DNA of 64,000 bases from Minisyncoccota bacterium (GCA_046350795.1 JAXLZT010000001.1:484705-548704), one strand, 5' to 3'. Positions 31,359-41,580 are shown, numbered from the stretch's first letter. A program made the numbers and translations. The notes: generated from the sequence alone by a model not told the origin.

Positions 31359-31835
31359 ATGAAAAAACTGACAGAAGAATTTGTTCAGAAACAAGTAGAA
31401 AAATATCTGCATGATAAGGGTTGGAATCACAACCTTAAATCAAAGGGCTTGCGTGAACATGGCTGCGATATTGTGGTATCAGATGGTAATAATAAATACA
31501 AAGCGCGCCGATTTTTCATAGAATGTAAGGGTCGATCTTACTCAAAACACGCTCGTTCAATTGCAGATACAAATATGCTGTATGGTTTAGGTCAATTGGT
31601 AACTAGAATGAAGGTGATAGCTAAACATGCTTACAAATATGGTTTGGCTCTTCCGAAGGAAAGTGCAGACATTGCACTCCGTAGGATACCGTGGCAAGTT
31701 GCACGTCAACTCTGTTTAAGTATTTTTTCAATAGACGATTCTGGTATAGTTACAGAATATTCACCAAAAGATTTTAAAAAATTTAATAAAAAACAACCCT
31801 CAAGCACGCGTAATCACAAATACCGGTGTAGGTAA
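31359..31835 (+). CDS. Small restriction-endonuclease-like PD-(D/E)XK protein
   Basis: E..VQ..V..YL..KGW, GCDIVV, FIECKG, GLGQL. The last ~15 codons read out of frame over the truncated downstream gene. Confidence 0.7.
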   Translation: MKKLTEEFVQKQVEKYLHDKGWNHNLKSKGLREHGCDIVVSDGNNKYKARRFFIECKGRSYSKHARSIADTNMLYGLGQLVTRMKVIAKHAYKYGLALPKESADIALRRIPWQVARQLCLSIFSIDDSGIVTEYSPKDFKKFNKKQPSSTRNHKYRCR

Positions 31836-32253
31836 AAAGCTAGATGAGATAGGTCTGCCGTACGAGATTGTAGAGGGTCGAGCAAATACTGATATAAATG
31901 GTGTGACTATAGAAGCGTTTGATGGAAAACATGAAGAGATTTTCCTCGAGATTGGTCAGGTGCAAAATACTGGATATTTTATAGACAACACACTCTTCTA
32001 TCCCGGTGACTCTTTTCACAATCCAGAAAAGCCAGTGGATATACTCGCTCTTCCTGTAGCTGGCCCGTGGTGTAAAATCTCTGATGCAATCAGATATGCT
32101 CTCGCAGTAAAGCCAAAGAAAGCTTTTCCTGTGCATGATGGAATATTGCAAAAAGATCGCATAGGTAGCTCTCACAAAGTACCTGAAAAAGTACTTGCCG
32201 AAAACGGCATTGAGTTTGTGATTATGAATGAGGGGGATGAGATGATACTGTAG
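31789..32253 (+). pseudogene. 5'-truncated MBL-fold metallo-hydrolase
   Basis: In-frame KNNPQARVITNTGVG..HEEI..NTGYFI..FYPGDSF..DILALPVAGPW..FPVHDG. The N-terminal HxHxDH part is absent; in-frame TAG at 31747-31749. Confidence 0.75.
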
Positions 32254-32279
32254 ACTTATTCTTATTTTAGTGGTACAAT
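32251..32279 (+). promoter_or_regulatory. Promoter of cassette D
   Basis: TAGACT-17nt-(TGn)TACAAT. Confidence 0.55.
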
Positions 32280-32438
32280 CTTCCAAGTTACATTTGTACC
32301 TTATCAACAAACTTCAGTTCGCCATAGCCTACAGTGGCTTTAAATAGGCCTTTGTCGGCTATGGCGACACAGTGTTGCCCGCTAGCACTTCACAATGCCA
32401 TCCGTTTTACACGGACTGGCTCTACAGGAGACTGCCTA

Positions 32439-33125
32439 ATGGGCACCTCAAATCCATCCTTTCAGACCAGCCAGATGCGTAAGGTTGAGGATACGCTACA
32501 TGAACAAGGGGTTACCCCAGAGATTCTGCAGAGAAACCTACTCGAGGGGGGTTATCTGTCGGACATTGCAGAAGCTGCGGCGTTTGGAGTACTTCCTTCT
32601 CGTAAGGAACTGCGCAATCTCTATGGTTTGAATGCGAAGACAAATCCACATCACAGCATCGTGATCAACTACGGCACGAAGAAGAATCCGAGAACACTCG
32701 GGGAGATGATCAGTTCGATAGAAGAGCTCCTTTGTGATCGTGATTCGAGTGGCTCCACGAAGACCTTTCGGGAACAGGGTCGCGTTGAGTATTTCACTCT
32801 TGTTGCAAACTTCCCCAATAAACTTCCTGATCCGAAAGCACTTCATCGCTTTCTGTCAGCGGAACCCGGCGGGAAACTCTGGATGTACGGAGGAATCGAA
32901 CACCTCGTGCATATCGACTGGAGTCAAACTTCGATTTTGGGGCCAAAGGCCCAGCTCTATGCACCAGGAGGAGCAATCCACTTCGGAAGAAATGATGAGG
33001 ACGTGCTCGTACCATACCTCACAATTAATCAGCATGGTAAGAAGTGGCTACGGTGGGAACTCAACCCATTTAGGAATGGTGTTGTTGAACTCAAGATCCT
33101 GCTTGTACGCAAGGTCAGCAACTGA
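32439..33125 (+). CDS. Hypothetical protein (cassette D)
   Basis: ATG 32439 preceded by SD AGGAG; 228 aa; GC-richer; long structured leader. Confidence 0.72.
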   Translation: MGTSNPSFQTSQMRKVEDTLHEQGVTPEILQRNLLEGGYLSDIAEAAAFGVLPSRKELRNLYGLNAKTNPHHSIVINYGTKKNPRTLGEMISSIEELLCDRDSSGSTKTFREQGRVEYFTLVANFPNKLPDPKALHRFLSAEPGGKLWMYGGIEHLVHIDWSQTSILGPKAQLYAPGGAIHFGRNDEDVLVPYLTINQHGKKWLRWELNPFRNGVVELKILLVRKVSN

Positions 33126-33136
33126 AGAAAGAACAC

Positions 33137-33169
33137 GAGCCCGATCGCAATTGTGCGGTCGGGCTTTTC
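33137..33169 (+). terminator. Intrinsic terminator of cassette D
   Basis: GAGCCCGATCGCA-ATTG-TGCGGTCGGGCTT followed by TT. Confidence 0.7.
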
Positions 33170-33191
33170 AATATATGTTAGTATTATTTTT

Positions 33192-33959
33192 ATGCTCACC
33201 GTAAAAACCCCAGTATTTGAAGGCCCGCTAGACCTGCTACTATCGCTCATCGAAAAGCGCAAGCTTTTTATAAACGACATCTCGCTTTCAAAAGTAACAG
33301 ATGATTATATTTCATACATAAACTCACCGGAAGGCAATCAAAATATTTCTCTCGGCGCCCGCGCTCACTTTATACTCGTCGCTTCGACACTTCTCCTCAT
33401 CAAATCAAAATCTCTTTTGCCGACACTTAGTCTGACAGAAGAAGAGCAAGTAAGTATCGAGGATCTCGAGGCGCGACTAAAAGAATACAAAAGAATAAAA
33501 GAGCTCAGTGTGCACGTGCGCGAAAGATTTGGCCGACACATTCTTTTTACAAAAATTCCACGCAAAAATGTGGCACCTGTTTTTTCTCCTGAAAAAAGTA
33601 TCACTGTCAGTGGACTTTTGATGGCTATAAAAGACGTCATAAAAAATATTCCGAAAATAGAGGCAATACCGAAAGCTGTTGTAAAAAAAGTTATTAGCCT
33701 AGAAGAAATGATAGAGCGACTGACAGACAGAGTAAAAGCTGGTCTCAAAATGAGTTTTAGAGAATTTGCCGGAGCTCATGGAAAAGGTGCGGGCAAAGTA
33801 ATCCCGCGTGAAGAGCGTGTCAATATCATCGTGAGCTTTCTCGCTATGCTAGAACTCGTAAAACAGGGTATTATAAACGTACATCAGGAAGACAGACACA
33901 ATGACATACACATGGAAACACAAGACGTGTCATTGCCTTCATATGGTTCACAAAATTAA
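33192..33959 (+). CDS. scpA: Segregation and condensation protein A
   Basis: FEGPLDLLL.LI, FILVASTLL.IKSKSLLP, FLAMLELVK; ATG at 33192. Confidence 0.93.
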   Translation: MLTVKTPVFEGPLDLLLSLIEKRKLFINDISLSKVTDDYISYINSPEGNQNISLGARAHFILVASTLLLIKSKSLLPTLSLTEEEQVSIEDLEARLKEYKRIKELSVHVRERFGRHILFTKIPRKNVAPVFSPEKSITVSGLLMAIKDVIKNIPKIEAIPKAVVKKVISLEEMIERLTDRVKAGLKMSFREFAGAHGKGAGKVIPREERVNIIVSFLAMLELVKQGIINVHQEDRHNDIHMETQDVSLPSYGSQN

Positions 33960-33971
33960 CATCGCAAAATA

Positions 33972-34523
33972 ATGACCACAGATTTACTCATAGAAGCATT
34001 ACTTTTTTTCAAAAATGAGCCGATAACGGTGAAAAAAATCGCGCAAGCGATAGAAAAAACGGAAAAAGAAGTAGAGACAGCGCTCGCGCAAATAGAAACA
34101 TCTTTTTCTGGTCGTGGCATACGACTCATGCGAAATGGTGATGAAGTCATGCTCGCTACAGCGCCAGAAGCAAGCGATCTCATCGCAAAAATAACAAAAG
34201 AAGAGCTGACTCGCGATCTCGGTAAAGCCGGCCTCGAAGTCCTCTCAATCATTTTATACAAAGGGCCAATATCTCGCCGAGAAATAGACTACATTCGCGG
34301 AGTAAATTCTAATTTTATTTTACGCAACCTGCTCGTGCGCGGTCTCGTAGAAAAAACTGAAAGCAAAGAAGGCGAGCGAAGCTTTACATACAAGCCGACC
34401 TTCGAACTTCTTTCATATATGGGGATAAATAAAATCGAAGATATGCCAGAATATACAGATATGAAAAAAGAGCTAGAAGTTTTTGACGAAAATCTAAACA
34501 AGGAAAGTGATGTGGAACAATAA
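33972..34523 (+). CDS. scpB: Segregation and condensation protein B
   Basis: IEALLF...EP, LE.LSII.YK.PI.R.EIDYIRGVNS, L.RGLVE. Confidence 0.93.
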   Translation: MTTDLLIEALLFFKNEPITVKKIAQAIEKTEKEVETALAQIETSFSGRGIRLMRNGDEVMLATAPEASDLIAKITKEELTRDLGKAGLEVLSIILYKGPISRREIDYIRGVNSNFILRNLLVRGLVEKTESKEGERSFTYKPTFELLSYMGINKIEDMPEYTDMKKELEVFDENLNKESDVEQ

Positions 34524-35460
34524 AGAGATCTCAGACAAAATAGTGGTGCCAATGGTCTCACTAGCGATTATACTCGTGCTCTTTTTGCTGTACTGGGGAT
34601 CAATGAAAAGTGTAAAAACTGATTCTATAATCCAATCAATAGCACAAAAAGAAAAATATAATGAGGAGGCTTTTGATGATATAAAAATTTCTGCAAAATC
34701 AGCGATGGTCTGGGATATAAAAAACCATAAAGCTATTTATTCATATAACCCAGATTTGGTTTTGCCTTTAGCTTCTCTTACAAAAGTGATGATGGCGATC
34801 ACAGCAAGTGACCTAGTGCCAGCATACACAGTGGTACCTATTAAAAAAGAATTTTTGGCAGAGGAGGGCGACTCTGGTTTTAAGGTAGATGAAAATTGGC
34901 GACTAAAAGATTTGCTTGATTTTAGCTTGATTACTTCATCAAACGACGGCGCACGAGCGATAGCTTCTGTAGCTGGCGCTATTAGTGGTGGCGCTTCTAC
35001 ATATGACATAGGACGAAAAGAGTTTGTAGACAGAATGAATGAGAAAGCAAAAAAAATAGGCCTCGACTCAATGTATTTTTCAAATGAAAATGGTCTAGAT
35101 GCAAATGCTTCTTTAGGTGGTGCTTATGGAAATGTAAAAGATGTGGTCAAACTTTTTGAATATGCTTTAAAGACAACTCCACATATTATTGAACCAACAA
35201 AAAAGAGTAGTGCCGTAATAAAATCAATAGACAATGTAGATCACGTCGCCAACAACACCAATTATGAAGTAAATTTAATACCTGGAATCATCGCCTCAAA
35301 GACTGGATACACAGCGCTCGCTGGTGGCAATTTGGCAATAGTTTTTGATGCTGAGCTTGGCCGACCAATGATCATTTCTGTGCTCGGATCGACCCTAGAA
35401 GGCCGATTTACTGATGTAGATAAGCTTATAAAAGCTAGCAGGACATATTTAGCGCAGTAG
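34510..35460 (+). CDS. D-alanyl-D-alanine carboxypeptidase (peptidase S11)
   Basis: SxxK (ASLTK), SSN and KTG motifs; N-terminal TM. Confidence 0.9.
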   Translation: MWNNKEISDKIVVPMVSLAIILVLFLLYWGSMKSVKTDSIIQSIAQKEKYNEEAFDDIKISAKSAMVWDIKNHKAIYSYNPDLVLPLASLTKVMMAITASDLVPAYTVVPIKKEFLAEEGDSGFKVDENWRLKDLLDFSLITSSNDGARAIASVAGAISGGASTYDIGRKEFVDRMNEKAKKIGLDSMYFSNENGLDANASLGGAYGNVKDVVKLFEYALKTTPHIIEPTKKSSAVIKSIDNVDHVANNTNYEVNLIPGIIASKTGYTALAGGNLAIVFDAELGRPMIISVLGSTLEGRFTDVDKLIKASRTYLAQ

Positions 35461-35491
35461 GATATAATGGTCTAAATCAAGCCCAAATCAT

Positions 35492-36577
35492 ATGATAATA
35501 CTAGACGTAGTAAAAGTTTTCTTACCTTCTGTTGTGGCCTTTATCGTAGGTATAGGCATCACTCCTTTTGTGACAAATATTTTGTACAAAAAGGAAATGT
35601 GGAAAAAGCAGAGCGTACAAAAAACTATTGATGGCAGAGAAGCGGTCATATCTGCTTCACTTCACAAGGACGAAGTAAAAAAGACTCCGCGCATGGGTGG
35701 TATCGTCGTCTGGGCTTCTGTTTTTTTTACAGCATCAATTTTTTGGATATTAGGAAATGGGCTCGGTGTGGGCGCTTTTGAAAAACTTGATTTTTTGAGT
35801 CGAAATCAGACTTGGATTCCACTTTTTACACTTATTTTTGGAGGACTTGTGGGTTTTATAGATGATTTTCTTGGAACACAGGGCGGGGCAGGCAAGGGAG
35901 GATACATCGGTGGAGGACTTTCTTTGAAAAAAAGACTGCTTGTGGTGGGCGGTATCAGTCTCGTATTTGCTTTATGGTTTTATTTCAAGCTAGACATACA
36001 TTCTATCGGTATTCCTTTTATCGGTGATGTATTTATCGGTCTATTTTTTATTCCGCTTTTTGTATGTGTGGTCATAGGTATTTATTCTGGCGGAGTGATA
36101 GACGGTCTAGATGGACTATCTGGTGGAATACTCGCTTCATGTTTTGCTGCATATGCCGGTATCGCTTTTTATCAAAATCAAATCAATCTCGCTGCTCTCT
36201 GTGCTGTGATAGTGGGTGCGATACTCGCTTTTCTGTGGTTCAACATACCTCCGGCAAGATTTTATATGTCAGAGACTGGTATGATGGGTCTCACGATGAC
36301 TCTCGGTGTCGTCGCTTTTATGACGGACTCGCTTGGTCTAGGACACGGTGTCATCGTGCTTCCTATCATTGCTTTGCCACTAGTGGTGACTTCGCTTTCA
36401 AATATCATCCAGCTGACGTCTAAGAAGCTACGCAATGGCAAGAAAGTATTTTTGGTCGCGCCTATCCATCATCATTTCCAAGCTATTGGCTGGCCTGCAA
36501 CAAAAGTAACGATGCGATTTTGGATTATTGGAATAATTTCTGCGATTTTAGGAATGATCATTGGACTTATTGGTTAG
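35492..36577 (+). CDS. mraY: Phospho-N-acetylmuramoyl-pentapeptide transferase
   Basis: KTPRMGG, GFIDD, DGLDGL, FLWFN.PPAR.YM, APIHHHF. Confidence 0.93.
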   Translation: MIILDVVKVFLPSVVAFIVGIGITPFVTNILYKKEMWKKQSVQKTIDGREAVISASLHKDEVKKTPRMGGIVVWASVFFTASIFWILGNGLGVGAFEKLDFLSRNQTWIPLFTLIFGGLVGFIDDFLGTQGGAGKGGYIGGGLSLKKRLLVVGGISLVFALWFYFKLDIHSIGIPFIGDVFIGLFFIPLFVCVVIGIYSGGVIDGLDGLSGGILASCFAAYAGIAFYQNQINLAALCAVIVGAILAFLWFNIPPARFYMSETGMMGLTMTLGVVAFMTDSLGLGHGVIVLPIIALPLVVTSLSNIIQLTSKKLRNGKKVFLVAPIHHHFQAIGWPATKVTMRFWIIGIISAILGMIIGLIG

Positions 36578-36618
36578 GGGTCACAAAAGTGCGGTGAGTT
36601 TTTTGAAAATATATTGAC

Positions 36619-37707
36619 ATGAAAAAAACAGTAGACAAACCACTCCTCATATCCATCATTATACTCGTTGTCGCCGGTTTTTTTATTTTTAGTTCTGCTT
36701 CGCTCGGCTTACTTGCGCGTGAAGGCGCAAAATTTTCAAACGTCGCTTTTTCTCAGGCTTTTTATGGGCTCTTTCTCGGCACTATTTTACTCATTGTCAC
36801 TTTGCGCATACCAGTTACTTTTTGGCGCAAAAATGCACTCTGGCTTTTTATAGCTTCTCTAGCATTGACGTCTCTTGTTTTTATCCCTGGTATTGGTTTT
36901 GAACATGGAGGAGCAAAAAGATGGATTGCGCTCGGATCTTTTTCTTTTCAACCGTCTGAATTTTTGAAAATAGGATTTATTATTTATATTGCAGCTTGGC
37001 TTTCTAGCATCAAACAAAATGTAAAAACATTTCAGTATGGTTTTATCCCTTTTGTAGTTGTCACAGGCATACTCGGCGCTGTTTTGCTCAATCAGCCAGA
37101 TACTGACACTTTTTTTGTAACATTTTTAGCGGGACTTTCTATGTTTTTTGTTGGTGGTGCACGCATTAAACACATTGTATTCATTTTTCTCATTGCCATG
37201 ATCGGTTTTGTAATAATAGCTACGATGCGACCGTATCTTATGAATAGACTTGTCACTTTTTTCAACCCTAGTCATGATTCACTTGGCTCCAGCTACCAGA
37301 TACAACAATCTCTCATCGCTATCGGCTCAGGTGGTCTCACTGGTAAAGGATTTGGGCAAAGTGTGCAAAAATTTAGCTTTTTACCTGAGCCTATTGGAGA
37401 TTCTATATTTGCGGTAGCGGGAGAAGAATTTGGATTTATAGGTAGCACGCTTATTGTCATTATGTTTGCTTTTTTTGCTTTTCGAGGGCTAAAAATAGCA
37501 GGGCATACGACCGATACTTTTGGTGGACTTATGGCTGTAGGAATTGTTATACTGATCGTGTCGCAAGCATTTATCAATATCGCTTCGATGCTCAACGTTT
37601 TCCCTCTGTCGGGCATACCTTTGCCTTTTGTTAGTCACGGTGGTACGGCTCTGATGATGACGCTCGCTGAGGTGGGGATATTGCTCAACATTTCAAAGAA
37701 AAAATGA
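36619..37707 (+). CDS. ftsW: SEDS peptidoglycan polymerase FtsW/RodA
   Basis: GAKRWI, QPSEFLK, QPD, YQ..QS..AIGSGG..GKG, G.PLPFVS.GG; immediately upstream of murG. Confidence 0.88.
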   Translation: MKKTVDKPLLISIIILVVAGFFIFSSASLGLLAREGAKFSNVAFSQAFYGLFLGTILLIVTLRIPVTFWRKNALWLFIASLALTSLVFIPGIGFEHGGAKRWIALGSFSFQPSEFLKIGFIIYIAAWLSSIKQNVKTFQYGFIPFVVVTGILGAVLLNQPDTDTFFVTFLAGLSMFFVGGARIKHIVFIFLIAMIGFVIIATMRPYLMNRLVTFFNPSHDSLGSSYQIQQSLIAIGSGGLTGKGFGQSVQKFSFLPEPIGDSIFAVAGEEFGFIGSTLIVIMFAFFAFRGLKIAGHTTDTFGGLMAVGIVILIVSQAFINIASMLNVFPLSGIPLPFVSHGGTALMMTLAEVGILLNISKKK

Positions 37708-38831
37708 AAATACTTTTTACCGGTGGTGGATCGGGAGGCCACTTTTATCCAATCATTTCTATAGCTCAGGAGATAAACAGGCTAAGTAAAGAAAATCGTC
37801 TTCTTGCCCCTGAACTTTATTTTATGTCGCCACAGCCATATGATGCTGGCGTGCTTTTTGATAACAATATAATTTACAAAAAAAATTCTGCGGGAAAGGT
37901 GAGACGATATTTTTCTATACTCAACTTTTTTGATGTTTTCAAAACTATTTGGGGCGTGTTGCAATCTATTTTAGATATTTACTTTATTTATCCTGACGTC
38001 GTGTTTGGAAAAGGTGGATACGCTAGCTTTCCTGCGCTTTTTGCAGCACGATTTTTACGTATACCGGTAGTGATACATGAGTCTGATACTGTACCGGGTA
38101 AGGTAAATAAATGGGCGGGCAAGTTTGCACAGCGCATAGCGGTGTCGTATCCAGAGGCAGCAGAGTTTTTCCCAAAAGATAAAGTGGCATATACTGGCAA
38201 TCCAATACGCCAAGAGCTTGCTATGCCACTCAAAGAGGGTGCTTTTGATTTTCTAAAACTCGAGTCAGGTGTACCTGTCATTTTGGTTCTCGGTGGATCT
38301 CTAGGGTCTCAAATCATCAACGATACTATTATTGATGCCATACCAACACTTGTAAAAAATTACCAGATCATACATCAGACTGGAAAAAGAAATCTGCGAG
38401 ATGTGATCGGTCGCACAAGCGCAATGCTTTTAAATAATCCTCACAAAAGTCGATACAAAGCATATGATTATCTCGATGTGCTAGCTATGCGCATGGCCGC
38501 TGGTGCTGCAAATGTGATAGTATCTCGAGCTGGATCTGCAATATTTGAAATAGCGTCTTGGGGTGTGCCATCCGTGCTTATACCGATCACGGATTCCAAT
38601 GGAGATCATCAGCGCAAAAACGCTTTTGCATATGCTCGAAGCGGTGCATGTTTGGTAATAGAAGAGCTCAATCTCACACCAAATATTTTAGTATCAGAAG
38701 TACAAAGAATACTCGACAATCCTGAAGTAAGTGAAAAAATGCGTAATAGTGCAAATGCTTTTATAAAAAGAGACGCTTCTGAGCTTATTGCAAAAGAAAT
38801 ACTCGGCATAGCACTCAAGCATGAAAAATAA
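37704..38831 (+). CDS. murG: UDP-GlcNAc:lipid I transferase MurG
   Basis: TGGGSGGH, GGYAS.P, HE, TGNPIR, GGSLGS, SRAG, HQ.KNA. Confidence 0.95.
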   Translation: MKILFTGGGSGGHFYPIISIAQEINRLSKENRLLAPELYFMSPQPYDAGVLFDNNIIYKKNSAGKVRRYFSILNFFDVFKTIWGVLQSILDIYFIYPDVVFGKGGYASFPALFAARFLRIPVVIHESDTVPGKVNKWAGKFAQRIAVSYPEAAEFFPKDKVAYTGNPIRQELAMPLKEGAFDFLKLESGVPVILVLGGSLGSQIINDTIIDAIPTLVKNYQIIHQTGKRNLRDVIGRTSAMLLNNPHKSRYKAYDYLDVLAMRMAAGAANVIVSRAGSAIFEIASWGVPSVLIPITDSNGDHQRKNAFAYARSGACLVIEELNLTPNILVSEVQRILDNPEVSEKMRNSANAFIKRDASELIAKEILGIALKHEK

Positions 38832-38832
38832 A

Positions 38833-40308
38833 ATGGCCGAAAAAATGTCAGAAAATAATTCACAAAAAACAGTCACTCGCTTTGCGCCGTCACCGACAGG
38901 CTTTTTGCATATTGGTGGAGTGCGCACAGCTCTTTTTGCATACCTTTGGGCACGCAAAAACAACGGCACTTTTATCCTGCGCATTGAAGATACTGATAAA
39001 GAGCGGGAAGTAGCTGGATCTATCAAACACATCACTGAGTCTTTAGAGTGGCTTGGCCTAGAGTGGGACTACGGCCCAGACAAACCAGGCCCTTTTGGAT
39101 CTTGTATACAGTCAGAGCGCACCAATACTCACAAAGAGTTTGCACAAAAGCTCATAGACAAAGGTCTGGCATATCCAGATCCGTATACACAAGAAGAGGT
39201 GGCTGCTTTTCGTACAAAAGCACAAGAAGAAAAGCGACCATTTCTTTTTCGCGATCATAGACCAGAAACTTTTGAAAAATGGGACGGCACAAAACCCCTT
39301 CGCTTTAAAGTACCTGAAATAAAAAGATACAAATGGCATGACGAAGTGCGTGGTGATCTAGAAGCGGGCGAAGAAGCGCTTGATGATTTTGTGCTTATAA
39401 AAGCAGATGGATATCCTACATACAATTTTGCACACATTGTAGATGATTTTTTGATGGGTGTGACCCATATCATGCGTGCAGACGAATACATTTCTAGTAT
39501 GCCTAGATTTTTGAGCCTGTATGATGCGCTAGAAATACCATATCCAAAGTTTGTGACACTACCACCGATCCTGCGTGATGATCGTACAAAAAAGCTAGGC
39601 AAACGCGATGGTGCAAAAGATATTTTTGATTACAAATCAGAGGGATATTTGCCTGAAGCGATGGTCAACTTTCTTGCGCTCACTGGCTGGAATCCAGGCA
39701 CAGAAAAAGAAATGTTTGATCGCACAGAGCTCATGGATGCTTTTGAGCTAAATAAAATACAAAAAGCTGGTGCGGTCTTTAATGAAACAAAACTCCTCTG
39801 GCTCAATCATGAATGGATAAAAAAGACGCCGGTAGAAAAACTCCACACGACTATCAACAACACGATTGTGGCCTTTAATCCAAAATTTGTCATATCTCAA
39901 AATGTTTTAGAAAAAATCACACCGATCATAGTGGAGCGTGTGCAAAAATGGAGTGATCTGACGGAAATGCTTAAATTAGGCGAATTAGACTATGTCTTTA
40001 CACGACCGGCCATAGATAAAGAAAAACTAAAATGGAAAGACGAGGCGGATTTTGAAAACACAAAAGCTCATTTAGAAAAAGCCATCGAACAATTTAGCGC
40101 TCTCTCTGATGCCGACTGGGAAAATGTCGACGCTCTAAAAAATTCTGTTTGGGATTATGCCACAGAAAAGGGTCGCGGTGCCGTCCTTTGGCCTATTCGT
40201 TTTGCTCTCACAGGAAAAGAAAAGTCTCCGGATTCTTTTATCGTTGCTAGCATCATAGGTAAAACAGAAACCCTCGCTCGCCTCAAAAGCGCTATAGATT
40301 TGATATAA
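38833..40308 (+). CDS. gltX: Glutamate--tRNA ligase
   Basis: RFAPSPTGFLHIG, LRIEDTD, PTYNFA..VDD, KLGKR (KMSKS-like). Start is uncertain (38821, 38833 or 38845). Confidence 0.95.
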   Translation: MAEKMSENNSQKTVTRFAPSPTGFLHIGGVRTALFAYLWARKNNGTFILRIEDTDKEREVAGSIKHITESLEWLGLEWDYGPDKPGPFGSCIQSERTNTHKEFAQKLIDKGLAYPDPYTQEEVAAFRTKAQEEKRPFLFRDHRPETFEKWDGTKPLRFKVPEIKRYKWHDEVRGDLEAGEEALDDFVLIKADGYPTYNFAHIVDDFLMGVTHIMRADEYISSMPRFLSLYDALEIPYPKFVTLPPILRDDRTKKLGKRDGAKDIFDYKSEGYLPEAMVNFLALTGWNPGTEKEMFDRTELMDAFELNKIQKAGAVFNETKLLWLNHEWIKKTPVEKLHTTINNTIVAFNPKFVISQNVLEKITPIIVERVQKWSDLTEMLKLGELDYVFTRPAIDKEKLKWKDEADFENTKAHLEKAIEQFSALSDADWENVDALKNSVWDYATEKGRGAVLWPIRFALTGKEKSPDSFIVASIIGKTETLARLKSAIDLI

Positions 40309-40317
40309 TAAACACAT

Positions 40318-41580
40318 ATGAAAAAAGTGTTTATTAGCCTTTTGCTTTTTGCTATGCTTTTTTTGCATCCATTTGGTGCAAAAAGCGCAACTGTAGAAGA
40401 ATTACAGCAAAGCATAGAAGAAAAAAGTAAACAAATAGAAACACTAAATAAAGAGATCGAGCTAATTGATAAAAAAATACAAACAACAGCGAGTACAGGT
40501 CAAACTTTACAAAGTGCAATTAAAATACTCGATACTTCTGCCAGCAAATTAAATACAGAAGTAAAAGTAACAGAAAGTAAGATAACAAAAACCGATCTAA
40601 ATATAGAACAAATCGGACTAGAGATTGGTGCCAAAGAACAAAAAATAGAGCGAAATAAGCAAACCATTGCGAAAACATTACGAGAAATAAATAGCTCCGA
40701 AGACAACTCTATTTTAGAGATTGTACTTTCTGGTACAGATCTGGCTGATATGTGGGACAACGTAGCAAAGGTGGAGAGATTTCAAAATAGTATGAAGGAG
40801 CAGATATATGAGCTCACTGGATACAAGACCGAGCTAGAAAAAAAGAAAGCTGAAACAGAGGATTTAAAAAAAGATTTACAGAGTCTAAAAAATCAGCTAG
40901 TTGATAAAAAAACTGTCATTGATATAAACAAAAAAGAAAAATCTACCCTTCTTTCGCAAACAAAAAACGAAGAAGCCAACTATCGTAAAATTTTAACAGA
41001 AAAAAAAGCTCTTGCTGATTCATTTCAAAATGAAATTTTCAATATTGAGTCAAAGATAAAGACAATCATTGATCCAAACAGTATTCCTGCTGTTGGTAAA
41101 GGTGTATTATCCTGGCCAACTGACAATGTGTTTATTACTCAATACTTTGGAGATACAGCTTTTTCTCGCACAGGTGTTTACAATGGAAAAGGTCACAATG
41201 GTATAGATTTTCGAGCACCGGTAGGTACACCTATAAAAGCTGTACTTTCGGGTGTAGTAGAAGAAGTCGGAAATACTGATGTTTTGCCAAAATGCCTATC
41301 ATACGGTAAATGGGTATTTATCCGTCATAACAACGGCCTATCGAGCGTATACGGCCATTTAAGCCTTATAAAAGCCAAAGCTGGAGATGTGGTAAAGACG
41401 GGGGATATTATAGGCTATGCTGGTCAAACCGGCTATGCTTTTGGGCCTCATTTACATCTAAGCCTATTTGCTAGTCAGGGTGTAAGCGTACAGCCCCTGG
41501 TCAACAGTGTAAATTGTAAAAATGCTCGCATTCCTATTGCTAGTCAAAATGCTTACTTAAATCCTTTACCGTATTTCTAG
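40318..41580 (+). CDS. Exported coiled-coil M23 peptidase (EnvC/MepM-like)
   Basis: Signal peptide, long coiled coil, HNGIDF, YGHL, GPHLH. Confidence 0.9.
   Translation: MKKVFISLLLFAMLFLHPFGAKSATVEELQQSIEEKSKQIETLNKEIELIDKKIQTTASTGQTLQSAIKILDTSASKLNTEVKVTESKITKTDLNIEQIGLEIGAKEQKIERNKQTIAKTLREINSSEDNSILEIVLSGTDLADMWDNVAKVERFQNSMKEQIYELTGYKTELEKKKAETEDLKKDLQSLKNQLVDKKTVIDINKKEKSTLLSQTKNEEANYRKILTEKKALADSFQNEIFNIESKIKTIIDPNSIPAVGKGVLSWPTDNVFITQYFGDTAFSRTGVYNGKGHNGIDFRAPVGTPIKAVLSGVVEEVGNTDVLPKCLSYGKWVFIRHNNGLSSVYGHLSLIKAKAGDVVKTGDIIGYAGQTGYAFGPHLHLSLFASQGVSVQPLVNSVNCKNARIPIASQNAYLNPLPYF

Larger units (their letters stand above)
21917..31790 (+). mobile_element. Defence island (fic, type I R-M and accessory nucleases); no integrase seen
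   Basis: Contiguous accessory genes between aspS and a truncated host gene. Confidence 0.6.
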
